64,000 nucleotides of DNA from Phyllosticta citribraziliensis (Eukaryota). Location of the stretch: assembly GCF_038025025.1 (NCBI RefSeq), contig NW_027117350.1, positions 930,001 to 994,000 of the forward strand, written 5' to 3'. This document shows, piece by piece, positions 48,699-61,000 of the stretch. Below the pieces are notes generated by a model. It was not told the DNA's origin. It saw only the letters and a program-made list of their open reading frames with translations, and did no database searches. The position numbers were made by a program, and so were the translations under genes. Within the stretch, counting starts at the first letter, position 1, and the number at the start of each line of letters is the position of its first letter.

Positions 48699-50119
48699 TC
48701 AAAACTTGATCTGAAAGTTCCACTTCGTCGCCAGCCCCATGCTCAGGATGAAAAAGAACGTCCCCAACGCAAAAACGGCGCCGCTGAAAAGAATCAGTCC
48801 AGGGAAGTTCGGCACACCATCGCGCCCCGTGTCGAGGATGGCTCCGCAGAGTGGAATGCCGATGAGCGTGCCAAACGAGACGACAAAATACGTCGTGCCG
48901 TACCGCTTGCCGTAGTCCTCGGTGCGGCAAATTTGCGCAACGCAGACGGGCGTCACGGCGATGATGGAGCCAGATGCCGCGCCAAAGGCCAGCGCGTACG
49001 TGATCACAAGCGCCGCGTTGTCTCTGGCGTAGAGCCACAGGAGGGTGAGAAGAGTGGTAATCCCTGATGTCAGGATGATGGTGCGGAATCGCCCAAATGC
49101 GTCGGCCAGCCACCCGGACAGCGCTCGTCCGACGACGCTTCCGGCGTTGAGGATCATGACCAGTGAGTAGGACAAGTCCTCCGGGAGTCCTTGTTTCAAA
49201 GCGTACGAGGTGATGTATGTTACCGGGATGAAGAAGGCCAGTTCCAGGAGAAAGATGGCGATTGTCGTTGATGCGTATATCTTATCCCTCAGTGCGAGGA
49301 GATCGATGCCGGAGCCTCCTTTTGTGTTTGGTGGCAGTCGAGTCTTGACGAGAAAGACGGCTACGCCGCAAAGGAGCAAGCAAATCAGGCCTACTACGCG
49401 TATGGCGTTGTTGAAGCCGATTCTCCGTTCAAGGTTAAGGAGGATCGCTGGAAACAAGATGCCTGTTCCACCATTAGATGAGAAAAACTTCATCGGGTAT
49501 TCGATAATTACCTCCAATGCCGCCAGCGGTCAGCGCAAGCGAAGTTGCGAGAGCTCGTCGGCGTCTGAACCAGTGGCCGATGGAAACAATGGCGGGCGTG
49601 AAGATTAAGCAGCAAGAGGTTCCACCTAAAATTCCCCAGGCGAGCATGTACTGCCAATAGACTTGGCAGATGCTCAAGAGAAACAGAGAAATGACGAAGC
49701 CAAAGCAACCAGGGATAAGCGTCCATTTCAGCCCTGCGTCTGTAAGCAGTTGTTCGCCGCTCCAGCGACTTGACTGACTTACCATGGGCATCAAACAAGG
49801 GTCCGATTTGAATGCTCCCAAAGTAAACCAAAAAGGTAAATGTGCTAAAGATCCATCCAGTTTGGGCATAGCTGTTGTCTTTTAACTGATGGCTGCTCAG
49901 CCAAGCGTGCATGACGCCCATTGTGTTGAGCAGTCCAAAGGCGGCCACCATGGCACACCAGCTGCCCAGGACAACGCTCCAAGCCCGGCGGCCTCCATCG
50001 GGGAAATCATCGCGCTCAGTGTGCAGTTCCTTGACCAAGTCGTGGTCGTACTGCGAGTTGGTTTCTCCGTGCAGAAGCGGGGTATTCTCGTCGACATGGT
50101 GGTCGTAATTGTCGGACAT
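48699..50119 (-). CDS. MFS monocarboxylate/riboflavin-type transporter (Mch/MCT family)
   Basis: Three exons. Motifs: FPDGGRRAWSVVLGSWC, QIGPLFDAHG, SIGHWFRRRRALA, GRALSGWLADAFGRF, EDYGKRYGT, with about 12 TM segments. Confidence 0.92.
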
Positions 50120-50460
50120 GGCGAATTGGGCCGTTATTTTTGGTTGTCGGGCTGCCTGTGTCGAAGAATTTGGCAGCAGCTACCCAAAGTCTTGTATAAA
50201 GACTTGCAGCATTGTCGCATGAGTTTCAGTTGGCGGTGGGGAGAGTCGTGATGTTCCCAGGGTTTGCCAGAAGATTCGAGCATGCGGCAGGCGCCGAGAG
50301 TGACCGGGGTCGCCGCGCGAACACCCAGGATGCGCTACTAGCTTCCGGGCCAAGCTCAACATCAGCGATTCAGATTCAATTCGCTTATCGCCTGGAAGCT
50401 TTCTGGTGAGAAAGGGTGTCGATAAGTCGGTCGACAAGGGACCAAAAGTTTGCAGTCTCG

Positions 50461-51183
50461 CTACTTTGGTTTCGCTGTTGAGAGGACTTTTCCAAGCACG
50501 CGCTGGCCAAGCAGTCTGATGCATCCGTCCAGTCTCAACCCAGGGTTATCTCGGAGCATAGCGAAAATGGTTTGCTCTACAGTAGGCCAATTATTCATCA
50601 AGAAATCGACAAGCTGCATGACTTGTTCGCAACTCAATCCGACGGGGGCCGTCTCAGCTGCACCAGGAACTGTCGTAGGGAGAGGCGGGGCTTGACTCGG
50701 ATCAAAGTTGTTTGTAGGACGGGATCGGCGAAAGCTTCGTCTTGATTTCTTTTTTTCGTTGTTGTTTTGCCGAGGCTGGGTGGTCTGGTCGCTGCTTTTT
50801 CCTTGTTGCCTGCAAACCGCAGCAGGGCTCGGGGACTCGGCGAGCATAATCTCGACAATGTCCAGTACGACCAACAATGGGCTCGAGGATGGAGTGTCGC
50901 CGTGCTTGAATTGGACAAAGGGAGAATCCAGCAACAGTCGTAGCGATTCCGAATCAGGGGTCGGAGGAGGCGGGATCTCTTCGACAGTCTCAGCCGTCAC
51001 AGTATCGCTGTCGCTGTCGCTTTCGCTCTCGCTGGCGTAGCCATCTTTCTTCAGGGCATCAGAGTCTCTCCAAAACCATGGACGCTCAAGGGATTTGCGC
51101 GGAGTGTCAAGGGCGTTTAGCAAGGAGTTGTAGGCTGTGCTCAGGACGGGAGCCAGCTGCTCGATGGCAGCGCGTCGCTTCAT
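50461..51183 (-). CDS. Hypothetical protein, possibly the last exon of a larger or degenerate gene
   Basis: 240-aa ORF preceded by a GCTAAC..CAG acceptor-like signal near 51195. No recognised domain. Confidence 0.4.
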   Translation of the reverse strand: MKRRAAIEQLAPVLSTAYNSLLNALDTPRKSLERPWFWRDSDALKKDGYASESESDSDSDTVTAETVEEIPPPPTPDSESLRLLLDSPFVQFKHGDTPSSSPLLVVLDIVEIMLAESPSPAAVCRQQGKSSDQTTQPRQNNNEKKKSRRSFRRSRPTNNFDPSQAPPLPTTVPGAAETAPVGLSCEQVMQLVDFLMNNWPTVEQTIFAMLRDNPGLRLDGCIRLLGQRVLGKVLSTAKPK

Positions 51184-53103
51184 TAATTACTACTGCACAA
51201 GTTAGCGCCGATTATAGTGATTCTCGCAAAGGGTGATGGACCTTGGAAACGTTGCAGTCGTGTAAAAAGCAACAGGAGAGACCAACGATGGCTTTAAATC
51301 AAACATTGTAGGTAAATGAGTCGAGCATTAGATCCGAGCGACGAGTCAAGTGGGTGCCACGCACTACAGGTCCTACAATACGAGTGAAGACGGCGACTGG
51401 ACGAAGCACCAACAGAAGCAAAACACTGGCGTGGTCCACGGACGACTGGCACAGAGCTCAAATGGATCCCGCGGGGAAAGGAGCGAAAAAGCAAAAAGCA
51501 CGGGGAACACGGTATTCAGGGCCAAGACGGAGCGACACACCCTGCCTGTCATTGTCTCCTGCCACAGGTGCCCCTTGATCATTCATGTCGAGACGGCGCC
51601 AATCGCGATTCTGCACTAGGACACGACAGCAGTCGTTAGTGACACCACAACTCGCCGTTTTCCGGCCAAGTGCATCCTTTACTAAGAGGCTTGATGCCGC
51701 CTCGCGCCAGAGTTGTCCAAGCCCATCCTCGGCCAGCCACAACGTCTGCTGACCGACGCAAAGGAGCAGGTGGATTCTGCCCGAAATTCAGACGAATCTT
51801 TGTTTTGACGAGGAACCAAGCTGCACAGCATCTGGATGGATCGTTGCAGAGGATGAAATGCGGTGTGGATGCTTGCTGCTGTGATCCTTGACTTGGACGC
51901 GTAGGAGTTCCCAAAAGGTAGAGAAAGTCGGCGCCACAGCGCTTAGCACTTGATCCAGATTTCCCTGCGGCTCTGCAAAAGTGGCTTCGAGGATGCCGTT
52001 TATGCGCACTGTTGTGTTGTTTGTGGTCTCAAATGCCCGTTTCCCTGGCGATGCGTTTGAAGCAGGAAGCCTGGAAGAGGTCCATAGGCGAAAACCCGGA
52101 TGCTATCGCTCTTGCAGACAGACAAGCAGTGTGCGATCTATTTTTGAATCTTGGAACCCACCTGTCCATACACCGTACAGATGCTCCTATGGGACCTGAC
52201 GCATTGGGGGTCTGCACGTCACGGAGAGGGCTTGCGGACCGAGACCGATCCAATGCAGCAAGAAGTGCGATGTGGAAAGCTCCCCGGATCCAAAGTCGTG
52301 CTCGCGAGTGGAGGCAGGCCAGGAGTAGGCAGGCCGAGAGAAGTCCTTTGGATCATGATCTGGTACCGGTGGGTTTTGGTGCATTAGACGTGCTCCGCAT
52401 TCCGCGTCTGGCAGAGGAAAGGGAGGGCGACTGATTTCGCAGGACCGGGCGATTGGGTATTCGCTTGACGTCACAAGGGCTCGAGGGATGCGCGTAGTGT
52501 TGGGAAGCTGAGCCTCCAGCAACAGCTCACAGCACAATCGTGAGCGATTGATGGCAAAGGGCAAGGTCCTTGTCAAGCGCTGGACGAAAGCAGCAGATGC
52601 GACGACGTCGCAAGAGACGTGCGGTGCAGGCTTGCGGTTAGAGTACTGTCGATGGCGCCGCAGGTTGCGAGGAGTGACAGCAGGAGTACCGGGAAACCAG
52701 GAGAAAAGACACTTGGCGACGGCGCGAGAGATGGTGCAGGATAGCTCAAGGCGAGGAGTTGTCAAGATGAAGCTGTCAAGTGGACGAAAGCGTCCAGATG
52801 GCAGTCGGCCCGAGTAAGCGGCGAACCACGGACCAGCCCGGTCCCGCTCCCGCTCCCGCACAGCTTCACCTCACGTCGCCGACCTTTCAACTACACCTCT
52901 TTGCTCAATACCACCATCGTCATCGCATCGCCCCAGTCCTTAGACTACCGCCGCAGCAACAACGTCGTCGTCCTTGAGCTAATTGAAACCGGCCATCATG
53001 GAGTTCCCGCGCTGCTCAAATACCCGTGCCCTGCCTCTGGCAGCACCCATCTCCATCCACCCCTCTCGTTCACTCTTGGGAAGCACTCGCTACAACCGCC
53101 AAG

Positions 53104-54111
53104 ATGAAGTCTTCTAGCATTCAGTATCTTGTTGCCACTTTCTTAACTGCCTTGCCCTGCGGCAATGCTCTGGCCCCCCCGGCCGCGGCAATCAACCCCA
53201 ACTTTCAATTTCCTCGTCAAGCTCCTCCGGCCAACATTACGACTCTCACCTTGACGACCACAAACAGCCAGACCATCACCAGCTGTCCACCAACAATTAC
53301 CGTTTGCAAGCCGTCTCAGTTGACAACCTACGTCACCGCAACCGTCAATGTCCTCACCACCGTCTGCCCCGTCAGCGTGGCCTCGTCCATCCTGAGCTCC
53401 ATCTCGAGCTCCAGCTCCAGCAGGTCTAGGCGGCCGCACACTTCACGCCTCACCCCCATCACGTGGACACCACCACCAGCTACCCCATCTCCCCAGCTGA
53501 CCACTCTCACCTTGACTGGCACCAACGTCGTCACCATTACCAGCTGCTCCATCAGCAAGTGCCCGCAGTCTGCATCGACCACCTATGTGAGCACGCAGAC
53601 CACCGTCTACACGACCGTCTGCCCCATCAGCTCCGTCTGGACCTCTTCAGCTAGGAGCCGCAACCACACCCGGTCTTGGAGGCCCACGACTCCCCCTCCC
53701 CCATGGACCCCGACCTGGACGCCGAGTCCCCCGCCTCCGACTCCGTGGACCAGCGCAGCTGCCGGCGGTGGTTCAGCACCTCCTCCCGCCAGCAACCCGC
53801 CTGCTCCCGCCCCGCCGGCACCGAGTGCTTCTGGCAAAGCTGCCGGCGGCTCTGCTCCTCCTCCCCCTCCTCCTACCGGGGGCAGTGGAAACGCAGCCGG
53901 CGGCGCGGGTCCTCCTCCTGTCGCCGCCTCGAGCAAGGCAGCCGGCGGTGCTGCTCCACCCGCTCCGAGTGCCTCGGGCAAGGCAGACTCGGGCCAGGCC
54001 TCGCCGTCTCCATCGTCCACTCCCTTGATGGGTGCGGCCGACCAGGCTTCAGTCGGCCCTGGCGGCCCATTGGCCATTTTGCTTGGCCTCGTCATGGCGT
54101 TTGTTCTCTAA
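53104..54111 (+). CDS. Secreted, probably GPI-anchored Ser/Thr/Pro-rich cell-wall protein with two flocculin-type TITSC...TTVCP repeats
   Basis: Signal peptide MKSSSIQYLVATFLTALPCGNALA, two Cys-containing Thr-rich repeats, a Pro/Ala/Gly stalk, and a hydrophobic C-terminus PLAILLGLVMAFVL after GAADQ. Confidence 0.85.
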   Translation: MKSSSIQYLVATFLTALPCGNALAPPAAAINPNFQFPRQAPPANITTLTLTTTNSQTITSCPPTITVCKPSQLTTYVTATVNVLTTVCPVSVASSILSSISSSSSSRSRRPHTSRLTPITWTPPPATPSPQLTTLTLTGTNVVTITSCSISKCPQSASTTYVSTQTTVYTTVCPISSVWTSSARSRNHTRSWRPTTPPPPWTPTWTPSPPPPTPWTSAAAGGGSAPPPASNPPAPAPPAPSASGKAAGGSAPPPPPPTGGSGNAAGGAGPPPVAASSKAAGGAAPPAPSASGKADSGQASPSPSSTPLMGAADQASVGPGGPLAILLGLVMAFVL

Positions 54112-54393
54112 TCTTCTCACGTGGGCGAGCCCACTCATTGTTGTTGTTTAAAAGATGATGGGTTGGGAAGGAGACCAAAATATATAATGTAATAGCGCAT
54201 CATCAGCAAGAAGCCCGGCAGGCATTCAGTCAGTCAGTCAGTCATTGACTTGAGCCAAAATAGCAGCAGCAGCAATAGCAGCAGCTGCAGCCGACTCATA
54301 GCAGGCGGTAATGAAGAATGGAATTTCTTTTACTTTCAATCGGAGCATTTGCTCGTCTCTTGACTTCCCTCGTCTTCTTCACCCCACCTCACC

Positions 54394-55146
54394 TCACGCA
54401 GCAGCAGCGCACAAGACCAGCAAAAACAGCCCCGCCGCATGCACCGCCTTGCCGTTCTCAGACACCGTCCTCCACGTATCCCACGCGCCCGCGCCGCTCG
54501 CCAGCCTCTCGAGCAACCCCGGCGTCACCGCCGCATCAGCCCGGCCGCTCCCACCAGCAGCACCCCACCACTTCACGACAGCGCCCTGCCACCGCCGCGC
54601 CAACACCTCGCGCCCGGCGCCCTGCCTCACGAGCCAGAAGTCCAGCCGCTCGCCCGGCCGCGTGACGCGGCGCGCGCACAGCGCACAGCGCGGCAAGACG
54701 GGCTCGAGAACGTGCCAGCGGCGGTGGCCGTGCCGCTCGAAGCGCGTGGCCGCCTGCGCGGAGGGCGCCAGCACCGCGACGCCGTGGGCAGCGCGCTCGA
54801 GCAGCGACGCGGCGTCGCTCAGCACGGCGGCGGCCCCGCAGTACGGGCAGATGTAGCCGTGGGCGGCGAGGTCGCAGAGCTCCGGCGACGCCAGCTTCAT
54901 GTAGAGCGTGGTCGGTTGCGTGGGCGGGCCGAGCGCGTCGGCGCTCACGTTGCAGGTGGGACAGGGGGCTTTGGCGCAGAGGCGGCAGCGCAGCGCGTGG
55001 GGTGCGGTTGTGAGGGTGGCGAGTGTCGGTTGTGGTGTCGACGACGTCGTTGTTGTCGTCGTTGTTGTCGTTGTTGATGCTGGGTCGTTAGCGGTACCGC
55101 AGAAGCAGCAGGTCCAGGAGAAGAGGGAAATATGATGCTCGGCCAT
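54394..55146 (-). CDS. Hypothetical CxxC-rich (zinc-ribbon-like) protein
   Basis: ORF from ATG 55146 with five CxxC pairs (CCFC, CRLC, CPTC, CPYC, CALC) and a poly-Thr linker. Confidence 0.6.
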   Translation of the reverse strand: MAEHHISLFSWTCCFCGTANDPASTTTTTTTTTTSSTPQPTLATLTTAPHALRCRLCAKAPCPTCNVSADALGPPTQPTTLYMKLASPELCDLAAHGYICPYCGAAAVLSDAASLLERAAHGVAVLAPSAQAATRFERHGHRRWHVLEPVLPRCALCARRVTRPGERLDFWLVRQGAGREVLARRWQGAVVKWWGAAGGSGRADAAVTPGLLERLASGAGAWDTWRTVSENGKAVHAAGLFLLVLCAAAA

Positions 55147-55631
55147 GTGCGAGGTAAAGTATCTAAACAAGGAAAGATTTGTGACGACTGTGGTCTGTAC
55201 GTTGGATCAATTGTTCTTCCCCTTTTCCAATCGAGATGGGTGCTGCTGCGACTTATACATCGGCGCTGGAGCACCGCAAGAACAATGTCGATGCGAGAGA
55301 ATTGGAAGCAGCGGATTTGAACAATGTTCCAGAAAACGCGCCTCTTGCCCGAATACGCCAGCGCTCAAAGAGACGCTGCAAGACGGCCGGGGAAACAAAG
55401 AGAAGCCCTCGCCTCGGGACAAAGACGATTGTGAGAGCAGTGAGTCGACGTTGTTCCAACACTCGAACAATGGCATAGAATCGAATGTTGTCGAGGGCAA
55501 CAATGGATCGGCCTCTCGTCGAGCCGATTCGAGAACCGGCAAGCAGCAGAATCGACTGTGGCTGTCCAGTGAAGCGCCTCGGGGTTCCACTGCGCTCCAT
55601 ACCCCTTTGGCTGCTCTCCATCCTGTCCTCT

Positions 55632-56933
55632 TCAAAAGATCGCCATGGCATTCGGCGGCGACGACACACCGCCCGGCATATTGAGCGGCATGGAAGCGAC
55701 GAAAAAGGTCCAGCGGCCCAGCTCGCGGCACGTGGCGGCGAGCGCTTCGAGGTCGAACATTTCGCCAATAGGCATACCCCAGCCAGCGAGGAGATATTCG
55801 TGGAGGAGGACGTCTTTGGCGGGGAAGACCTGCTTGATATCAGCAGCTGCTGTTGACGAGGTCATGGGACAAAGAGAGTATGATAAAGTAGAGACGAGGA
55901 AAACGTCCACGAAAAGGAGACAACGGACAGGGAGAAGACAAAGAAACAACAAACACAACAGCAGAGCAAACCCAACCACCACACACTCACTTTCACTTAC
56001 CTCCCAGCTCACCGAGTCTCCAGCCACAGCCGCAAATCCCGTCTCCCACAGCCACCCCAACACATCCACGGTCCCCTCGACGCCCGCAAACGTCGGCGCC
56101 TCACTCGCACCAAAAGCCTCCTTCTGCTCCCTCCCCATCCCCTCCCACTCTTTTGTCACGCCAACCCTCACAAACAAAATATCGCCGCACTCAAACACGA
56201 CCCCGCACTCCTTCGCAACGGCTTGTATATCCCCCAGCTCAATCGCGTGCGGCGAGAAAGCTGAATACCGGATCCCGCGCTCGGCGGCGTAGGCGGCGTA
56301 GTCGATGAGCACGCCGCGGCCGGCGATGCCCTCCGCAGCCCAATGCTGCATCCCGATGCGCTCGCAGCCGCGATCCACAATCTCCGCTGCCGTCGTGCCG
56401 CCGTAGAAGAATCGGCGCTGCGGGTCTTCGCCGCGCGCCGCGTCGCCCGGCTGCGAGAAGTGGCGCAGGCCGTCCCACTGGCTGCTTTGCTCTGTGCTCT
56501 CCATGCAGTATTAGACGCAGCCGCAACGATGACAGATTCGTGTCCGTTTGCTTAGTTAAGGTACCTACTTACGCGGGTTGAATTCGTAGATGTCGTCGAA
56601 TGCCACCGTTCCCTCTCCTCCTCCTTCTTTCCCTTTCTCCCCTTTGCCTTCTCCCCCACCGCCAAATAACCCCACAATGCGATGCCGCGCCTCTTGTCGC
56701 CCAAACGCCGCGCACTCGAGCTTCGTCATCTCCCAATTGAGCCCGACGCGCCGGCCGCAGCGTATCTGCGACGACGCGGCCGACGCGACGACGGCAGGGG
56801 TCAGAAGCGCGAGGCGCCCGAGGCCTTCGGCGTGGGAGGAGGGGGCGTGCGGCCAGTAGCGGTAGGGAGGCTGTGGAGGTGAGGTTGATGGTGATGGTGA
56901 GGGGTTTGGTGGAGAGGGGGGTGCGGCGGGCAT
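55632..56933 (-). CDS. Cyclase-family (kynurenine formamidase-like) metal hydrolase
   Basis: Three exons. Motifs: EGLGRLALLTP, FDDIYEFNP|QQSSQWDGLRHF, GIAGRGVLIDY, GDILFVRVG, AVAGDSVSWE, LHEYLLAGWGMPIGEMFDLEAL, PLNMPGGVSSPPNAMAIF. Confidence 0.92.
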
Positions 56934-58024
56934 TGTGGTTAGGAGTAGCGCAGGTGAGAGGGGAGATGGAAAGGAGGATGTATGGGATGGTGGAGAGAGA
57001 TGTAGAGCAGCAGCAGCAGCAGTAATGACGGAGAGAGGAAGAGGAAGAGGAAGAGAACGAGTGTATATAGACGGAGAACAAGCTCAAGTACATGTAACCA
57101 ACTGACCGTTCATCCCCTTCTTCTCTGAAGCAGCCAGCCATGTACACACCCCACAAAAGCAGATCCACAGAACCACAGGGTAGCAAGGCGGGGCAGCTGC
57201 GCGATCAACATGGCACAGCAGCCAAACCCCGCATACACTCTTTCCCCAATCGATCCGGAGAACGAGCACTGAGTAGGCGAGCAAGCGAGCATGCGAGAAC
57301 CTAGCAGGCGAATACTTCACCGGAGAACCATCGTCCGAGCTAAAGGAGCACTGAGGTGCGCTCTCAGCATACCGGATGCACTTAAAAGAGAAAGAGATGG
57401 GCGCTGGACCGGATGTATCCAGCAGGGGAGACAGAGAAAGGCGTCGCGTAATCCATTTTGCCAGTTCTACGCGCAAAAGCGACGACGGGAGAGACGTCCT
57501 CCGTCCGGTGAGTCCGCGCAGGGGTTCCATACATACCTAGCCAGGTAGGCAAGGCAGTAAGGTAAGTACAGCGCAATGGGACAGACAAGGAAGCAAAAGT
57601 GGAACGAGCACGGCTTTTCCAACACCTGTGATGAATTACTAGAAGCGATGGGTGACCTGATAGAAGCGGCCTCTTCCTTTTCTGTCTCTATACGCCTCGC
57701 CCCCTCCTCCTACCCCTCATACAACCCCCACCGCCGACGTGCAATCTAAAGACGGCTGGATCCTTTGACTCGCAGCGGAAACGAAAAAGGAACTGGGAAA
57801 AGGTATCTAGAAAAAGGCAACAAAACTCGTCTTGCGGACACATGACAAGATGAAAGTAACGAAAGCGAAAAGTTGGCAGTGGAAAAAGGGGAAAAGGGAA
57901 TGCGCGTCTATCCCCAGCGCCAAACATGCGCACGCCATGTCGTCAAGCAGAGAGGAGAGGAGCGCAAGACGACGTCAAGTTTGACAAAGCGACAGATTGG
58001 ACCAAGATGCTGCTTCCTTCCTCC

Positions 58025-61000
58025 TCAAGACGACTTGTTTTTGAAGCCCCACTTGAAGCTCCCGCTCCGCTTGTGGCTGTGGCCACTTCTCCTCCTCCCA
58101 TTCCCATTCCCATTGCCACCCTCCTCGGCCCCGCTGGCCTCGTCACCGTCGCTCTCGGCGCCCTCGCCAGCCTGTCCCGGCACCGTCAACTTCGTCGACG
58201 AGGAGCCTTGCCCTTGCTGCTGCTGTTGCTGCGGCGGGCGCGTGGGCTCGGCGAAGCGGATGCCCGGCACGCGCGTTTTGGCCTCTTCCTGCTTTGCCTC
58301 TTCCTCTTCTTCATTTTCTTCCTGGATCTTGCGCTCCTCGACAGCGCGGTCTCTTTCGGCTTTGCGTTGCGCTTCGGTTCGCGGGCGTCGGATGCCCTTG
58401 CCCACGTCGGCAACCTCGTCCGTGTCGCTTTCCGCTTCGCTCGACGACGATCCGGATCCCAGGCCGAGCGCTCCCTCGCGACGGCGTCGTTCGGCTGCCG
58501 TCTCGCCCTCGTCCAAGTGCGTCGGCTTTGCGCGCACCTTGTCGCCCGTTTCGGTGCGGCCGACGACTTGGCGGCGTTTGGCTGAGCCGCCGCTCTCGGT
58601 GCTAGACTGCTTCGTGAGCGGAGCCGCAGTGGATGCGGACGCAGCCGGAACTGCGGGCGTAGTAGCCGTCCTCGCTGGGCCGGCGGCACGGCGGCGGCGC
58701 TGAGCTGCGCCCGTGTTGTTGTCGCGGGATGAACCAAGGCTTTCGCGGAAGTTGTGGAAGGGGATTTCCTCTTCGTCAGAGTCGACGAGTGTCAGGCCAT
58801 CTGGTCCGGTGCGACGAATGGCGGGGGTATTTTGCGACGGGTTTGGCTGGCGGCCCCGAGCTGCCTCGCCGTCTTTGCGTTGAACGGGTTGCGAGTTCTT
58901 GGCGGCGTCGTGGTCTTTGACATCTTCATGGACTTCCCTCTTGACCATTTCCGACGCGTCGCTGTTATCGACGAATTTCTTGCGGGACTTGGGGTCCATG
59001 TGCTGGATCTGGGAAATGAACTGAGCCTTGCTCATTCGCTGACCACCGGCAGTAACGGTGAAGCGAATGTGCTCGTCATCACTCTCCTCTTCACGCTGCC
59101 TTTGTCTTCGCCTCTCCTCTCTTTCGCTCTTGCCCTTGCCCTTTTGCTGCCCTTCCTTGTCGGCGGCCCCGGCAACCTCGCCTCGGCTGGCGGCCTCCGT
59201 CTCTTCGTGAGACATTCCGAGATAGGTACCCATACGGTGAAGCCGGCTCTTGGCTTTGACGCCTTCGCCTTCTTTGCCTTCATCTGGCCTCCTCTTGTCG
59301 CCAGGAATGTCGTACTTTTTGATGACCTCCCCATCCTCGTCTTCGACGATGATGGTGTTGCCAAACTGGTAAGCAAGAGCGGGACCGCGTTTCGTTTTCG
59401 GCTTGGCGGCAGCAGCGGCCTCACCCTGGGGTTCAGTGTGTCTCCGTTGAAGCCTTTTCCGCATTTCGCGCCAGCCACTGCCGGGATGCTCGATTTCGTG
59501 CTTGATCTCGTTCTCCACCTTTTGCATTGAATCGTGGTGGTCGTGCTGGTGTTCAGTCTGAGCGACACCGTCTTCAACGTCCTTTTCTGTCATCAGTCTG
59601 CGGCCGTCTTCCGCAGTGTGCTCGCGTTTCTCGTCGGCGGTTTCTTTTTGCGAGTTGCGCACGTCGAGGACATTGCCCTCTTCATCCTCAATGATGATCT
59701 GATCGCCTTCCTGGTAGACTTCTTCCTGTGGAGACTGGACACGGTCCCCCTCAGGAGAGTCGTCGCTGTTGAGAGCAGTGTTCTCAGAATCTTCGCGACC
59801 TGGTGCAGGAGCATCAGCCGGGCTCCGCTCGCGCCGCACGGGTGCGATGGCGGACTGGCTGATGGGCCCGCCAGGACCCATGCCTTCCCATCTTTTCCGG
59901 CGGGAGGGGCGCAAGCTGGAGGACCGTGACTGCGAGTCGTCATCTTTGCGGCGGAGAAAGTTGCGAGGAAGGCCAAGATGACTGTCGCTGGTGGTCTCGG
60001 CCTTTTCGTCATACGACGAATCCGTCTCGTCAGGGCGCCGCAAAGACATGGAACTCTTAGAACGAGACTGGATGCGCGGCAATCGGTCCATCCAGGAGGG
60101 TCCTTCTTCATTCGCCTGGGTGTAGGAAAGCGTTAGTGTCAATGTGTTGATGTGCTTTCCAAGAGTGAAGACGGCGATTGACGAGCCGTGGACCACGATT
60201 GAGCAAATGACCAGGAATGTTGTTATGGGCCAGATGAGCTCGATAATGTTGAGGTGCGGGAAGCCCTCTTCCGGCAATACGGCCAAAGGCGTGGTCGTTT
60301 CCGTCTCCAGCTCGGCACGCGCGAGGATTGCGATAAAAATGGCTCCAACACCAATGGGGCCAAAGTGTCCCGCGAACAAGGCCTCGCGCCAAGTCTTGAT
60401 GTCGGGGATTGCAGGCATCATGGCCATCATAATGGGAATCCGACGGAACAGGAGGACGAGAATGGCGATGACGACGAGACGCCAGGGAGTGAGTCCGATA
60501 ATCTCAGGCGCGTTGTACTGCTCCCAGGGGATGATGGTCCCAAAGTAGACGAAAAAGGTCAAGTTGATGAGCAAATCGATGACGTTGGACACGTGGGACT
60601 CTTCCGTCTTTTCCAGGAACCAGCCGTCGTTGCTGAAGCCGACACCGCAGGCAAAGCCTACCAGCAAGTCATCCATGCCGAGGAGACTGCCCGAGCCGGC
60701 GCAGAACAGGGCCAGGACAAAGTAAAATACGAGAAAGCTTTCTCTATCAATGAGGTCGCGCTCGTGCGAGTACCTAATCAGCTGACGGGCAATGTAACCG
60801 ATTGCGACGCCGTAAAAGGCACCAAAAATACATTCGTAAAGAATGGTGTAGCAGAACCAGTGCAGCGCAACCTCGTTGGGGTGGTTCTTGTAACGAATAA
60901 TGTACAGAGCCAGGTACACAAAGGGAAAGGCCATGCCGTCGTTGCAGCCAGACTCTGCCGAGAGCAGGTCACGCAAATGCTTGGGCACACGTTTGGCAAA

